Of a DNA stretch of 64,000 nt, positions 52,597 to 62,519 are shown one piece after another. Origin of the DNA: an uncultured delta proteobacterium. GTDB taxonomy: Bacteria > Desulfobacterota > RBG-13-43-22. A program made the position numbers and the translations under genes. Location: positions 128,001 through 192,000 of the forward strand of contig CAWDKY010000017.1 in assembly GCA_963802945.1 (NCBI GenBank), read 5' to 3'. The notes beneath the pieces are model-generated. The model searched no databases and was not told where the DNA came from. It was given only the letters and a program-made list of their open reading frames with translations. How positions within the stretch are numbered: position 1 is the stretch's first letter; each line of letters opens with the position of its first letter.

Positions 52597-53778
52597 TTAG
52601 GCATTGATAACGGACTTTTCCTTTTTCAGAGAGAAGGTGGCGACATAGATTAGGCTGCCGATTAAGACCCCGAAAAGAGGGCCAAGGACAAGGCTGCCGA
52701 TGATCCACTCAAAGATCCTTTCTAATGCCTGATATCCGAGGGTGTTCAGGGAAATCTCCGTGAGGAACTTCCCGTGACGAATATAATACCCCGCTTCGAT
52801 ACAGAGGGCCGGCACAACAGGGTGATAACACAGTTGGCTGGCAACTAGGGCCACATATTTGTTGAGGCGAAAATAACTGGCTGTAATGAGGATGGTCAGA
52901 GTCCAAAAACCGATCAGTGGGAGAGTACCGAGAAGCACCCCGAAACCGGCCGAAATCGCCAATTGCGACTGTGAGATTTTTCTCCTAAGGAAGATTCTCA
53001 AAGACTGCAAGGGGTAGCGGATGGTTATCTTTTCCGGTTCGTTTTCAAAGGGCATAAATTGTCTCGACGGTATGGGGGCAATGGCCATTATTGTCAGGCG
53101 CATGTTGAGCACTGCCCGGGCCAGGGTATCCCTGAAAAAACGGAAATGAGATATATGCTCACCGGGTGGTGGATAGTATACCGAAACATCCACCTCTTGG
53201 AATTGAATTCCCGCCCAGGCTGCCTTTACTAGGATTTCCTTCTCAAAGGAATATCCTTTATCGTGGAGCTCCAACCAGGCCAGGACGGCAACCGGATAGG
53301 CTCGAAAGCTGCATTGGGTGTCTTTCAGGGAACTGCCGGTCTGAACCCTGAACCAAAAGTTGGAGAAGTGTCTATAGAACCGGGACGAGAAGGGAATCCT
53401 TGTGTTTTTTAAGATCCTTTTCCCCACCACAATCGCCAGGGGATTTTCCTGAATCATAGGAAGGAATTTGGAAAAATCCGCCGGGTCATATTGCCCGTCG
53501 GCATCCAGGGTAATCATATGGGTCATCCCAAGCCTTCCGGCTTCCTTGGCCGCTGTAAGGATCGCCGCCCCTTTGCCTCTATTTTTCTCATGCCGAACCA
53601 GATGGATAGGAAGGCCTTTGATAACTTCTGCGCTGTCGTCGGTGCTGCCGTCATCTAGAACCAGCACATCGCTCCAGACACTGAGCGCCCGGACAACCAC
53701 ATTCCGGAGTGAACCAGCGTGGTTGTAAACGGGGATAACTATCAGGGGCCTTATTTTCTTGCTTTCTGATCCGTTCAT
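52597..53778 (-). CDS. GT2 glycosyltransferase fused to a DUF2062-like membrane domain
   Basis: IPVYN, DDGSTD, GKGAA, DADGQ, DTQCSFR; hydrophobic C-terminal half. Confidence 0.87.
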   Translation of the reverse strand: MNGSESKKIRPLIVIPVYNHAGSLRNVVVRALSVWSDVLVLDDGSTDDSAEVIKGLPIHLVRHEKNRGKGAAILTAAKEAGRLGMTHMITLDADGQYDPADFSKFLPMIQENPLAIVVGKRILKNTRIPFSSRFYRHFSNFWFRVQTGSSLKDTQCSFRAYPVAVLAWLELHDKGYSFEKEILVKAAWAGIQFQEVDVSVYYPPPGEHISHFRFFRDTLARAVLNMRLTIMAIAPIPSRQFMPFENEPEKITIRYPLQSLRIFLRRKISQSQLAISAGFGVLLGTLPLIGFWTLTILITASYFRLNKYVALVASQLCYHPVVPALCIEAGYYIRHGKFLTEISLNTLGYQALERIFEWIIGSLVLGPLFGVLIGSLIYVATFSLKKEKSVINA

Positions 53779-53835
53779 CGTATTTTTTCTGATATTGGGG
53801 AGCAAGGACGTTTCTTCAGGGAACTAGAACAAAAG

Positions 53836-55346
53836 TTATTTTTCCAATGAAGAAGCAGCCTGATTTTCCGATACTTTCGTCCCCTTTCCCGGACCTGCAA
53901 TCCTGGCATCGGTCCGGACGAACCGGAAAAAACCTCCGAAATCGGTCAGGAACCTCTTCCAACTGTCGGGAGAACGCCAGATCATGGCGATATAACCGAG
54001 GAGCATCTTAGGTCGCATAAAGTGTTTCTGATAGAACCTAATGAAAAGTTTTTCCAGACGCTCTCCGGTCATCCCTTTGGGGATGAAGATGAAATGCATG
54101 CAGTCCATCTTTTCCCAGTCTTCTTCAAAAGTCCCCAGTTCATGGGCCTTTTCATAGAGGGGCGTGCCTGGGAAGGGAGTGAATTTGGACACATTGATAT
54201 CGTCGATGGGTAAGGAAAAAACATAATCCATGCTCTTTTGGATGCTCGACTCGGTTTCGCCGGGCAGACCCAGCATAAGCAGTCCCTTGACCCGGATTCG
54301 GGTTTTATGGATCAGCCGGATCTTTTCCGCCAGCATCTTCAGGTCGGGGTTTTTCCGGTGCTGGGCCAGGAGGTCTTCATCGCCGGTCTCCACACCGAGG
54401 CTGATCATCCAGCATCCGGCCTCTTTCATCATCCTGGCCAGATCGAGATCGATATGCTCGGCCCGCACGGCACAGTTAAAGGTCATTCCCAGAGGCTTAT
54501 CAATCATCATCCGGCAGAAGGCTTCAATCCTTTTGCGGTTGAAGGTGAACTGGTCGTCATAGAAATTGATGTGCCGGATATGAAAACGGTCATGGAGGTA
54601 TTTCAGGTGTTCATAGAGATATTCAGCGGAATTGAAACGGAAACTGCTCCCAAACACCGAACGGTCGCAGTAACTGCAGGCATAAGGGCATCCGCGGCTG
54701 GATATACAGCTGGTATTGGGGACCTTCGGATAGTTGAAAATGGGTAGCTTGTAGGCCTGAGGATAACCGTCCAGTTTTTCATAGGCTGGAAAAGGAAGGG
54801 TGTCGAGATCGATGCCTTTTGCCCGATAGCCGGTAAAGTGCGGGATTCCATCTTTATCGCGATAGACAATACCGGGGATCGAGGGACGTCTCATTGATTT
54901 CTCCATTGCAGGCCAGAAGTTCGGCCAGGGTCTCTTCCCCTTCACCGGCCACGACAAAGTCCACTTCCGGGAAATCGGCCAGGACCTTGGTTTTCAGGGC
55001 GGAGACATGGGGACCCCCAAAAACCGTCTTTATGCCCGGCAGAATTGTTTTTCGCCATTTCTGCAATGCGGACCCCATCGAGAAAGCTCGAGGTGGTGCA
55101 ACTAAGACCAATAAAAGAGGGCTTTTCCTCGGTCAGATAATCCCTGATGAAACGATCGGAAAAGGGCTTGGCAAAACAGTCAACGATATCCGCCTCGATA
55201 TTTTTTTTGTTCAGATAGGCGGCCATGCTGGCCAGGCCCAGCGGGGGCATGATATTGGCTATCCGCGAAACATCCTGTCCCGCCCTTTCCATCTTGTAAC
55301 CCAGGGGATGGACGAGAAGGATTTTATTCTGTTTTAAAATGTCCAT
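53836..55346 (-). CDS. B12-binding radical SAM protein (two frameshifts)
   Basis: PPLGLA, GGPH, GEGE, SRGCPYACSYC, GLPGET, TPFPGT. Confidence 0.88.
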
Positions 55347-55447
55347 AGGTTACAGTTTTGCGCGTCGAATGGAGAGAGTATAAGATAAGGCACAGACGGG
55401 GTCAAGGAGGAAAACGGTTTGGTAATAAATCTAGGTAACCTCCATTC

Positions 55448-55496
55448 GTCATTTTGGTCCCGCATCAGGTGCGGGATAGACTCCAGCCGAAATCCA
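55448..55496. repeat. Palindromic repeat half containing the CCCGC mini-palindrome
   Basis: Reverse-complement variant of 25620-25668. Confidence 0.65.
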
Positions 55497-55561
55497 ATCC
55501 CTCTTGGCAGGACAAATAGGTCTTCTTCATCAGTTCATCAACTTTAAAAAAATCCATATTC

Positions 55562-55575
55562 TTGACTTAAGTCAA
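55562..55575. promoter_or_regulatory. Crp/Fnr-family (HcpR-like) binding site upstream of hcp
   Basis: Perfect palindrome TTGAC-TTAA-GTCAA; candidate -10 TATGGT at 55598. Confidence 0.65.
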
Positions 55576-55658
55576 TGTAGCTCTAAGCTTTAGTGATTAT
55601 GGTAAGGGCAACAAGTTGATCGAATGAAAAGCCTCTTTCATAAGGAAAGGAGAAAATC

Positions 55659-57293
55659 ATGTTTTGTTATCAATGCGAACAAACAGCCAAAGGGGAAGGA
55701 TGTACTAAAATCGGGGTATGCGGCAAGCAGCCGGAAGTGGCAGCTTTGCATGATCTTCTGATTTATGCCTTACGGGGATTATCTCAGGTTGCCCTGGAAG
55801 GAAGAAAATGGGGGGTGAACGACCGGCAGGTCAATGTTTTTATCTGTGAGGCCACCTTTTCAACCCTGACCAATGTGGACTTTGACCCGGACCGGTTTGT
55901 GGAATTCATCAAAAAGACCGTGGAACTTCGAGAAGACCCTGAAAGACAAAGGTCAAGGCCGCCGGCGGCCAGGTGGATTTTCCGGAAGGCCCGGCTGTTC
56001 TCAAACCGAAATTAACGCTGGAAGGGATGATACGCCAGGGGGAAGGGCGTGGGCATCCAGTCCGATCCCACCATAGACAAAGACATTCATGCCCTGCAGT
56101 GGACCTTGACCTTCGGTCTCAAAGGCGTCTGCGCCTATGCCGACCATGCCCAGATCCTGGGCCAGGAAGATGATGCGGTTTATGCCTTTGTTCAGGAAGG
56201 GCTGGCTGCACCGTTAAACAAGGCCCTGAGCCTGAATGATTGGATCGGTCTGGTCTTAAAATGCGGGGAGATCAATCTGAGGACCATGGAACTGCTGGAT
56301 GCCGGCAATACCGGGACCTATGGACACCCGGTCCCGACCAAGGTGCCTCTGGGGGCTAAAAAAGGCAAGGCCATCCTGGTTTCCGGACATGACCTGAAGG
56401 ACCTGGAAGAGGTCTTAAAACAAACGGAAGGCAAAGGGATCTATGTCTATACCCACGGAGAAATGCTCCCCTCCCATGGCTATCCGGGCCTAAAAAAGTA
56501 TCCCCATTTCTACGGCCACTTCGGAACGGCCTGGTTTAACCAGACTAAAGAGTTTGCAGATTTCCCAGGGGCCATTTTGATGACCACGAATTGTATCCAG
56601 AAACCCAAGGAATCCTATCAGGGAAATATCTTCACCACCGGACTGGTCGGCATGCCCGGGGTTGTCCATATCCCAGATAAAAATTTCGGCCCCTTAATTG
56701 AAAAGGCCTTATCCCTGCCCGGATTTCCGGAAGATATCGACCGCGGAGAAGTGACCTGCGGTTTCGGCCGTAATGCCGTTTTGGGTGTGGCCGACAAGGT
56801 GATCGAGGCCGTTAAGAATAAAGACATCCGCCATTTCTTTTTGGTGGCCGGCTGTGATGGGGCCAAGCCGGGCCGAAACTATTATACCAAATTCGTAGAA
56901 ATGGTGCCCAAGGACTGCGTTGTCCTGACCCTGGCCTGCGGAAAATTCCGCTTTTTTGATAAGGACTTGGGAGATATCGGCGGAATTCCCAGATTACTGG
57001 ATATAGGCCAATGCAACGATGCCTATTCGGCCATCCAGATCGCCGTAGCCCTGTCCAAGGCCTTTAATGTGGGGGTAAACGACTTGCCCTTATCCATGAT
57101 CCTGTCCTGGTATGAGCAAAAGGCCGTGGCTATCCTGCTGACCTTGTTTTATCTGGGGATCAAAGATATCCGGCTGGGACCATCCCTGCCGGCCTTCATT
57201 ACCCCCAATGTGCTCGATGTGCTGGTTAAGAACTTCAACATCATGCCCATCAGCACTCCGGAGGAGGATTTGAAGGCGATATTGGGAAAATAA
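55659..57293 (+). CDS. hcp: Hybrid cluster protein (frameshifted near 55940-56050)
   Basis: MFCYQCEQT..GC...GVCGK, SGHDL, THGEM, TTNC, GCDG, GQCND, SWYEQKA. Confidence 0.95.
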
Positions 57294-57302
57294 ATAAACG
57301 AT

Positions 57303-57380
57303 ATAAGGTATAGGGTGTAAGGTATAAGGAAAGGCTTTATACCCCCTCACCTTGAACCTTGAACCCTGGACCTTGACCCT
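57303..57380. repeat. Heptamer tandem repeats arranged as an inverted pair
   Basis: (AAGGTAT)n ... (CCTTGAA)n. Confidence 0.65.
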
Positions 57381-57394
57381 TTTTAGGAGTTTTT

Positions 57395-58117
57395 ATGAAA
57401 TGTCCCGGTCAAGACAGCCGCTTTTGGAAACCCGGTTTTATCTTTGAAATCAATTGTCCCCAGTGTGGGCAGGCCATAGAGTTCTTTAAAGACGACACCA
57501 CCCGCCGCTGTAATAAATGCGGTTCCCGTCTCCTGAACCCCAGGATGGATTTCGGGTGTGCCTCCTATTGTCAATATGCCGAACAATGCCTGAGGGATTT
57601 GCCGCCGGAACTGATAGCCCAGAAAGAAGACCTCCTAAAGGACCGGGTAGCTGTTGAAATGAAAAAATATTTCGGAAAAGAGTTTCGCTTGATCGGTCAC
57701 ACTACGAAAGTGGCCCGTTATGCTGAACGGATCGGCAAAGAAGAAAAAGGCAATCTGGCGGTGATCCTGCCGGCGGCTTATTTGCACGACATCGGCATCG
57801 TAGAGGCGATAAGAAAGTACCAGAGTGCGGCCGCCCGTTATCAGGAAGAAGAAGGTCCGCTCATAGCCCGGGATATCCTGATGCGATTGGGCGCCCGGAA
57901 GGATTTGATCGAAGAGGTCTGTGATATTGTCGGTCATCACCATCATCCCAGAGAAGAGGAAACGATCAATTACAGGGTCCTCTATGATGCCGACCTGATC
58001 GTCAACCTGGAAGAAGCCCCGAAAGAAAAACCTTTTCAGTCGGACAGGATGGAACAGATTACCCAAAAATCCTTTCTGACCGAAAGCGGACGAAAATTGG
58101 CGAGAGAGATTTTTTGA
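57395..58117 (+). CDS. Cys-rich N-terminal domain plus HD-domain protein
   Basis: MKCPGQD, CPQCG, CNKCG, CASYC; LHDIG, HHH, YDAD. Confidence 0.85.
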   Translation: MKCPGQDSRFWKPGFIFEINCPQCGQAIEFFKDDTTRRCNKCGSRLLNPRMDFGCASYCQYAEQCLRDLPPELIAQKEDLLKDRVAVEMKKYFGKEFRLIGHTTKVARYAERIGKEEKGNLAVILPAAYLHDIGIVEAIRKYQSAAARYQEEEGPLIARDILMRLGARKDLIEEVCDIVGHHHHPREEETINYRVLYDADLIVNLEEAPKEKPFQSDRMEQITQKSFLTESGRKLAREIF

Positions 58118-58144
58118 TTCCATAGGTTAATAAGTTAAAATATT

Positions 58145-58269
58145 CAGGGTGATCAAAAACGTCCAGATGTAAGGCCCCCGAAGTTCTGAGGAATGAGGCG
58201 TACTCAAATGTACGCTGCAATGACGAAGAACGAGGGAAACGCAACAGATAGGCACTTTTCGTCAACCTG
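58145..58269. mobile_element. MITE-like element (~125 bp)
   Basis: Ends CAGGGTGATCAAAAA / CTTTTCGTCAACCTG; internal GCGTAC..GTACGC hairpin. Confidence 0.6.
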
Positions 58270-58289
58270 CGGTTCATGAGGAGAATGAA

Positions 58290-59024
58290 ATGAAAATTAA
58301 ACGAAAAATCATTGAAATCAATCCGGAGCGCTGTGATGGTTGCGGTTTATGTGTGCCTTCCTGTGCTGAAGGGGCCATTCAAATCATCGACGGCAAGGCG
58401 AGGTTAAGTGCTGAAAAATATTGCGACGGCTTAGGGGCCTGTTTGGGAGAATGTCCCAATGATGCCCTCAAGATCATCGAGCGTGAAGCCGAGGATTTTG
58501 ACGAAGCCGCCGTCGAAAAACATCTCGAAAAACAGGTGAAAGCGGATAATCCAGTGTCAACTGTTCTTCCCTGCGGCTGCCCTTCCACTCAATTGCAGAG
58601 CTTTTCCGGATCCGACCTCTGTCAGGAGGCCAATCGGCCTCGCTCTCAGGAGGGTCAGATTTCAACCCTCGGTCATTGGCCGGTCCAGATCAAACTAGTG
58701 CCTCCCACTGCTCCCTTTCTGAAAGGGGCTGATCTGTTGGTCGTTGCCGACTGCACCCCGCTGGCCTATCCTAATTTCCATCGGGATTTCCTTCCCGGCA
58801 AGGTGGTCATGATGGGTTGTCCCAAGTTCGACGACCTTCAGGAATATATCGCCAAGTTTACCGATATTTTTAGAACAGCCGGGATAAAAAGTGTTTCCAC
58901 CGTGGTTATGGAAGTCCCCTGCTGCTCCGGCCTGCCGTTCATTGTTAAGAAGGCCGTGCAAGCCTCAGGTAAAAAAATTTCCCTGAAAGAAAAGGTCATA
59001 AGCATTAGGGGAGAGCTGATATGA
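58290..59024 (+). CDS. 4Fe-4S dicluster protein
   Basis: CDGCGLCVPSC, CDGLGACLGECP, WPVQI, GCPKFD, MEVPCC. Confidence 0.88.
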   Translation: MKIKRKIIEINPERCDGCGLCVPSCAEGAIQIIDGKARLSAEKYCDGLGACLGECPNDALKIIEREAEDFDEAAVEKHLEKQVKADNPVSTVLPCGCPSTQLQSFSGSDLCQEANRPRSQEGQISTLGHWPVQIKLVPPTAPFLKGADLLVVADCTPLAYPNFHRDFLPGKVVMMGCPKFDDLQEYIAKFTDIFRTAGIKSVSTVVMEVPCCSGLPFIVKKAVQASGKKISLKEKVISIRGELI

Positions 59025-59400
59025 CAGGAATTTATTTTTGGATCATGTCCAACACGTTGGACATGATCCAATTTTCCCGCCGAACGCCAAACAACGATTT
59101 TTTTTGCCCCAATACAAAAAAATCCTTGACTCCCCCCTTTCTCATCTATAAACTGTTCAATACCCAATCTTACCGAGTAAGTTTCTTTATAAATATCCTT
59201 CGTATTTTGTGAAGCTAACATTTTTTTGTTGATATAAGTTCCCGGGCCTAATTGTCGGTTGAATGGACAACTGAGCAGATAAATCCTTTTTTCAAACGAA
59301 AAAGTCTCAAATTATATTTAAATGAAGAAGTGTCCCCATGGTGCATTTAATTTTTATGAAGGCATCAAAAAAATAAACATATTAAAAAGGAGGAAGGGCA

Positions 59401-59913
59401 ATGAGTAAAATTTTAACAGGTTTTTTTGTTTTGGTTGGTCTTGTCATGATGTTGGCGTTTATGCCGGTCCCGAATGCAACAGCAGAGACTTTTGTGAATA
59501 AAGCGCCTGATTTCACTATGACCATCCCTAGCTGGAAAGATGTTGCTTCACGTAATAAAAACTCAGTAGTGAGACGGGCCGAAGATCCCTATGAGCTTAC
59601 CTCATTCGATGTGGCTGTGGCCGACCTCCCCGAGGGTAAGACTAATAAGGATTTGGTGAAAGATGTGGTGGGCTATCTTACGGACCAATATGAGGGTTCA
59701 AATTATAGCACGCTTTATGAAAGAGAGATAAAACTGAAGGACGGCACACCGGCCTATGAGCTGGAGGTGAAATGGAATCATCCACTGGTATTGTTATATA
59801 CTTACGAGTTGGCTGTTTTTAAGGACAAAAAAATGATCACTGTCCAGGTAACCACTGAAAAGCCGGTCAGCGACAAGCTCAAAGAGATTCCTATGTCCCT
59901 GGTATTCAAATAA
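59401..59913 (+). CDS. Hypothetical exported protein
   Basis: AGGAGG SD, signal peptide, 170 aa. Confidence 0.75.
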   Translation: MSKILTGFFVLVGLVMMLAFMPVPNATAETFVNKAPDFTMTIPSWKDVASRNKNSVVRRAEDPYELTSFDVAVADLPEGKTNKDLVKDVVGYLTDQYEGSNYSTLYEREIKLKDGTPAYELEVKWNHPLVLLYTYELAVFKDKKMITVQVTTEKPVSDKLKEIPMSLVFK

Positions 59914-59942
59914 GGATCTGTTCTGTTTCTCCGGTAGTTATT

Positions 59943-59977
59943 TCGATCTTGCCTCTTTCTTTAAGAGGCAAGATCGA
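59943..59977. terminator. Hairpin, probable terminator
   Basis: 15-bp stem TCGATCTTGCCTCTT/AAGAGGCAAGATCGA, 30 nt after the stop. Confidence 0.6.
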
Positions 59978-60130
59978 TTCTCCCCTTGTCTACGAGGATC
60001 TTGGGGTCACATCGTCATAGGGCATTAATTTATTAAACAGAATTATATCCCGATCCCTAATCATTCTATCTCTTTTATCATCCACCCCAAAACAAAAGAT
60101 GAGCGGATTACTGGAGTCAGTCACTGGTAA

Positions 60131-60418
60131 TACCGAAGAGGGGCGGACCTTTGTTTGGCGGGCGTGCCGGGCACAATGAATTTTCTGAGTGTCTGTGGCA
60201 AAACCTGCCGGGTCGACGTCCGTGGATTTTTGGTGAACCCGGATGAATAAGATGAGCAGTATGCTGTGTACCGGGCCGTGGGTATGAAAATCAACGGCGG
60301 GAAATTGAGTGACAAATACTGGCCGATTATAGGGTTACTCCGCGAGAGTTATAGAAAGACCAATCGAATGCCCGTGCTTTTCGAGACCCGCGAAGCCAAT
60401 GATCTAAAAATTAGTTGA
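60131..60418 (+). pseudogene. TusE/DsrC-family sulfur-relay pseudogene
   Basis: VDVRGFLVNPDE*DE (TAA 60248-60250), LSDKYWPII..LRESY; no C-terminal arm. Confidence 0.7.
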
Positions 60419-60487
60419 CAAAACTATTATTATAATAGATATACCAAATTTTAGTTTTAACCTCACAGGGACTAAAGGAATAGTGCG

Positions 60488-61039
60488 ATGATTGAAGTTC
60501 GATTTCATGGTCGGGGAGGGCAGGGCGCCGTTACCTCAGCCGAATTAATAGCCCTAGCCGTTATTAATGAAGGGCAGTATGCCCAGGCCTTTCCCAGTTT
60601 TGGGCCGGAACGCCGTGGGGCGCCGGTGGTGGCCTTCCTGCGAGTCAGCCCATCTCAGATCCGCATCCGCTCAAAAATTTATCATCCGGATATCGTGGTG
60701 GTTCTTGATCCCACTTTATTGGATATCGTTGATGTTTCCTCCGGGCTGAAACCCAAAGGAACTTTGGTCATCAACACGGCCAAGTCCGTGGAACAGATCC
60801 GGAAAGATCACGGTTTCAAAGGCCGGCTGGCTGTCGTGGATGCCGATAAGATCGCCATGGAAGAAATGAAAGTAGCCATCACCAATACAACCATGTTGGG
60901 GGCCTTGATCCGGACGGCCGGAATCTCCCGTATGGATTCCATGGACGGGCCCTTGGATGCCCGATTCGGCAAGGTGGCCGAAAGAAATAAAAAGGCCATG
61001 CAACGGGCCTTTGATGAGACTATAATCAAGGAGAAATGA
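60488..61039 (+). CDS. porC: 2-oxoacid:ferredoxin oxidoreductase gamma subunit
   Basis: HGRGGQG, FGPERRGAP, NTTMLGA. Confidence 0.9.
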   Translation: MIEVRFHGRGGQGAVTSAELIALAVINEGQYAQAFPSFGPERRGAPVVAFLRVSPSQIRIRSKIYHPDIVVVLDPTLLDIVDVSSGLKPKGTLVINTAKSVEQIRKDHGFKGRLAVVDADKIAMEEMKVAITNTTMLGALIRTAGISRMDSMDGPLDARFGKVAERNKKAMQRAFDETIIKEK

Positions 61040-61338
61040 ACGTGGCTAAAATAGATGCCCTTCACCCCTGGAAAGAAGTTCCCCTAGGCTGTGCTATTTT
61101 GGAGGCCGGAAATGCCCGGGAGCTCAAAACCGGAGACTGGCGCTCCAAGATACGGCCTTTGACCGACAAGGAAAAATGTATTAAATGCGGGATGTGTTGG
61201 ATCTTTTGCCCGGATATGGCCTATAGCCAGAACACGGACGGCTATTTTGACTGGAACACGTATTACTGTAAAGGGTGTGGTATCTGTGCCCGTGAATGTC
61301 CTAAAAAGGCCATACAAATGATTGCGGAGGAAGAATAG
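61036..61338 (+). CDS. porD: 2-oxoacid:ferredoxin oxidoreductase delta subunit
   Basis: TGDWR, CIKCGMCWIFCP, CKGCGICARECP. Confidence 0.9.
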   Translation: MNVAKIDALHPWKEVPLGCAILEAGNARELKTGDWRSKIRPLTDKEKCIKCGMCWIFCPDMAYSQNTDGYFDWNTYYCKGCGICARECPKKAIQMIAEEE

Positions 61339-61340
61339 TT

Positions 61341-62519
61341 ATGCCCATTCGAAAAGGCATGGAAGTTTCCATTGCCGTCAGTGAAGCTGTAAAATTGGCC
61401 AATGTGGATGTGATCTCGGCCTACCCCATAACGCCCCAAACCCATATTGTGGAACACCTTTCCGAATTGGTGGCCGATGGGGACCTTAAGGCGGCCTTTA
61501 TTCCCGTTGAATCGGAACATTCGGCCTTGAGTGCCGCTATAGGGGCGGCAGCGGTGGGGGCCAGGGCTTACACGGCCACCAGTTCCCAGGGTCTGGCCCT
61601 GATGCACGAGCTCATGTTTATCGCCTCCAGCATCCGTATGCCTTTGGTTATGACCGTGACCAACCGGGCCATTTCAGCCCCTATCAATATCTGGAATGAC
61701 TTGAGCGATATTATGCCTCAACGGGATTGCGGCTGGGTACAGCTCTTTGCCATTAATGGCCAAGAGGCCGTAGACCTCACCTTGCAGGCTTTCAGGATCG
61801 CTGAGGACCCAAGGGTATTGCTGCCTGTGGTGGTCAACCTGGACGGCTTTATTTTGAGCCACGTGATTGAACCGGTGGAAATGCCCGATCAGGCGACGGT
61901 TGACCGTTTTCTGCCCGTTTTTAAACCTGTATTGCGTCTCGATCCGGACCAGCCCGTCTCTCTAGGGAATTTCGGCAGTCCGGATGTCTTTATCGAAGTC
62001 AAAAAACAGGTCGAGGAAGCCTTGATCGGCGCTCAAAAGGTGATGGCTGAGGTCTGGAAGGAATACGGGGACATCTTCGGCCGGACTTATAAACCGATTG
62101 AATCCTATAAGACCAAAGGGGCTGAGACCCTGCTGGTGACCATGGGCAGCATTACGGAAACGGCCATGACGGCTGTCGATGCCTTACGTGAAAAAGGGCA
62201 GAAGGTCGGACTGATACATATTCGTCTCTGGCGCCCCTTTCCGTTCAGAGAATTTTTCCAAGCTATTCGGGATGCCAAGTGCCTGGCTGTGGTAGACCGG
62301 GCCTTGGTACCAGGCGGTGCAGGCGGGCCAGTAGGCCTGGAAATCAAATCAGCCCTTTTTGAGAAAAAGGAACGGCCTTATGTGGCCGAGTTTGTTGCCG
62401 GCCTGGGGGGCCGGGATCTGACGGTGGAGGTCTTTGCCGAAATGGCGGCCAAAGCCGAAAAATATGCGAAAATGCAAAAAGATATGCGTTACGAAATGAT
62501 CGGAGTGCGTGAGAAATGA
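61341..62519 (+). CDS. porA: 2-oxoacid:ferredoxin oxidoreductase alpha subunit
   Basis: YPITPQT, VESEHSA, TSSQGL, GLGGRD. Confidence 0.92.
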   Translation: MPIRKGMEVSIAVSEAVKLANVDVISAYPITPQTHIVEHLSELVADGDLKAAFIPVESEHSALSAAIGAAAVGARAYTATSSQGLALMHELMFIASSIRMPLVMTVTNRAISAPINIWNDLSDIMPQRDCGWVQLFAINGQEAVDLTLQAFRIAEDPRVLLPVVVNLDGFILSHVIEPVEMPDQATVDRFLPVFKPVLRLDPDQPVSLGNFGSPDVFIEVKKQVEEALIGAQKVMAEVWKEYGDIFGRTYKPIESYKTKGAETLLVTMGSITETAMTAVDALREKGQKVGLIHIRLWRPFPFREFFQAIRDAKCLAVVDRALVPGGAGGPVGLEIKSALFEKKERPYVAEFVAGLGGRDLTVEVFAEMAAKAEKYAKMQKDMRYEMIGVREK

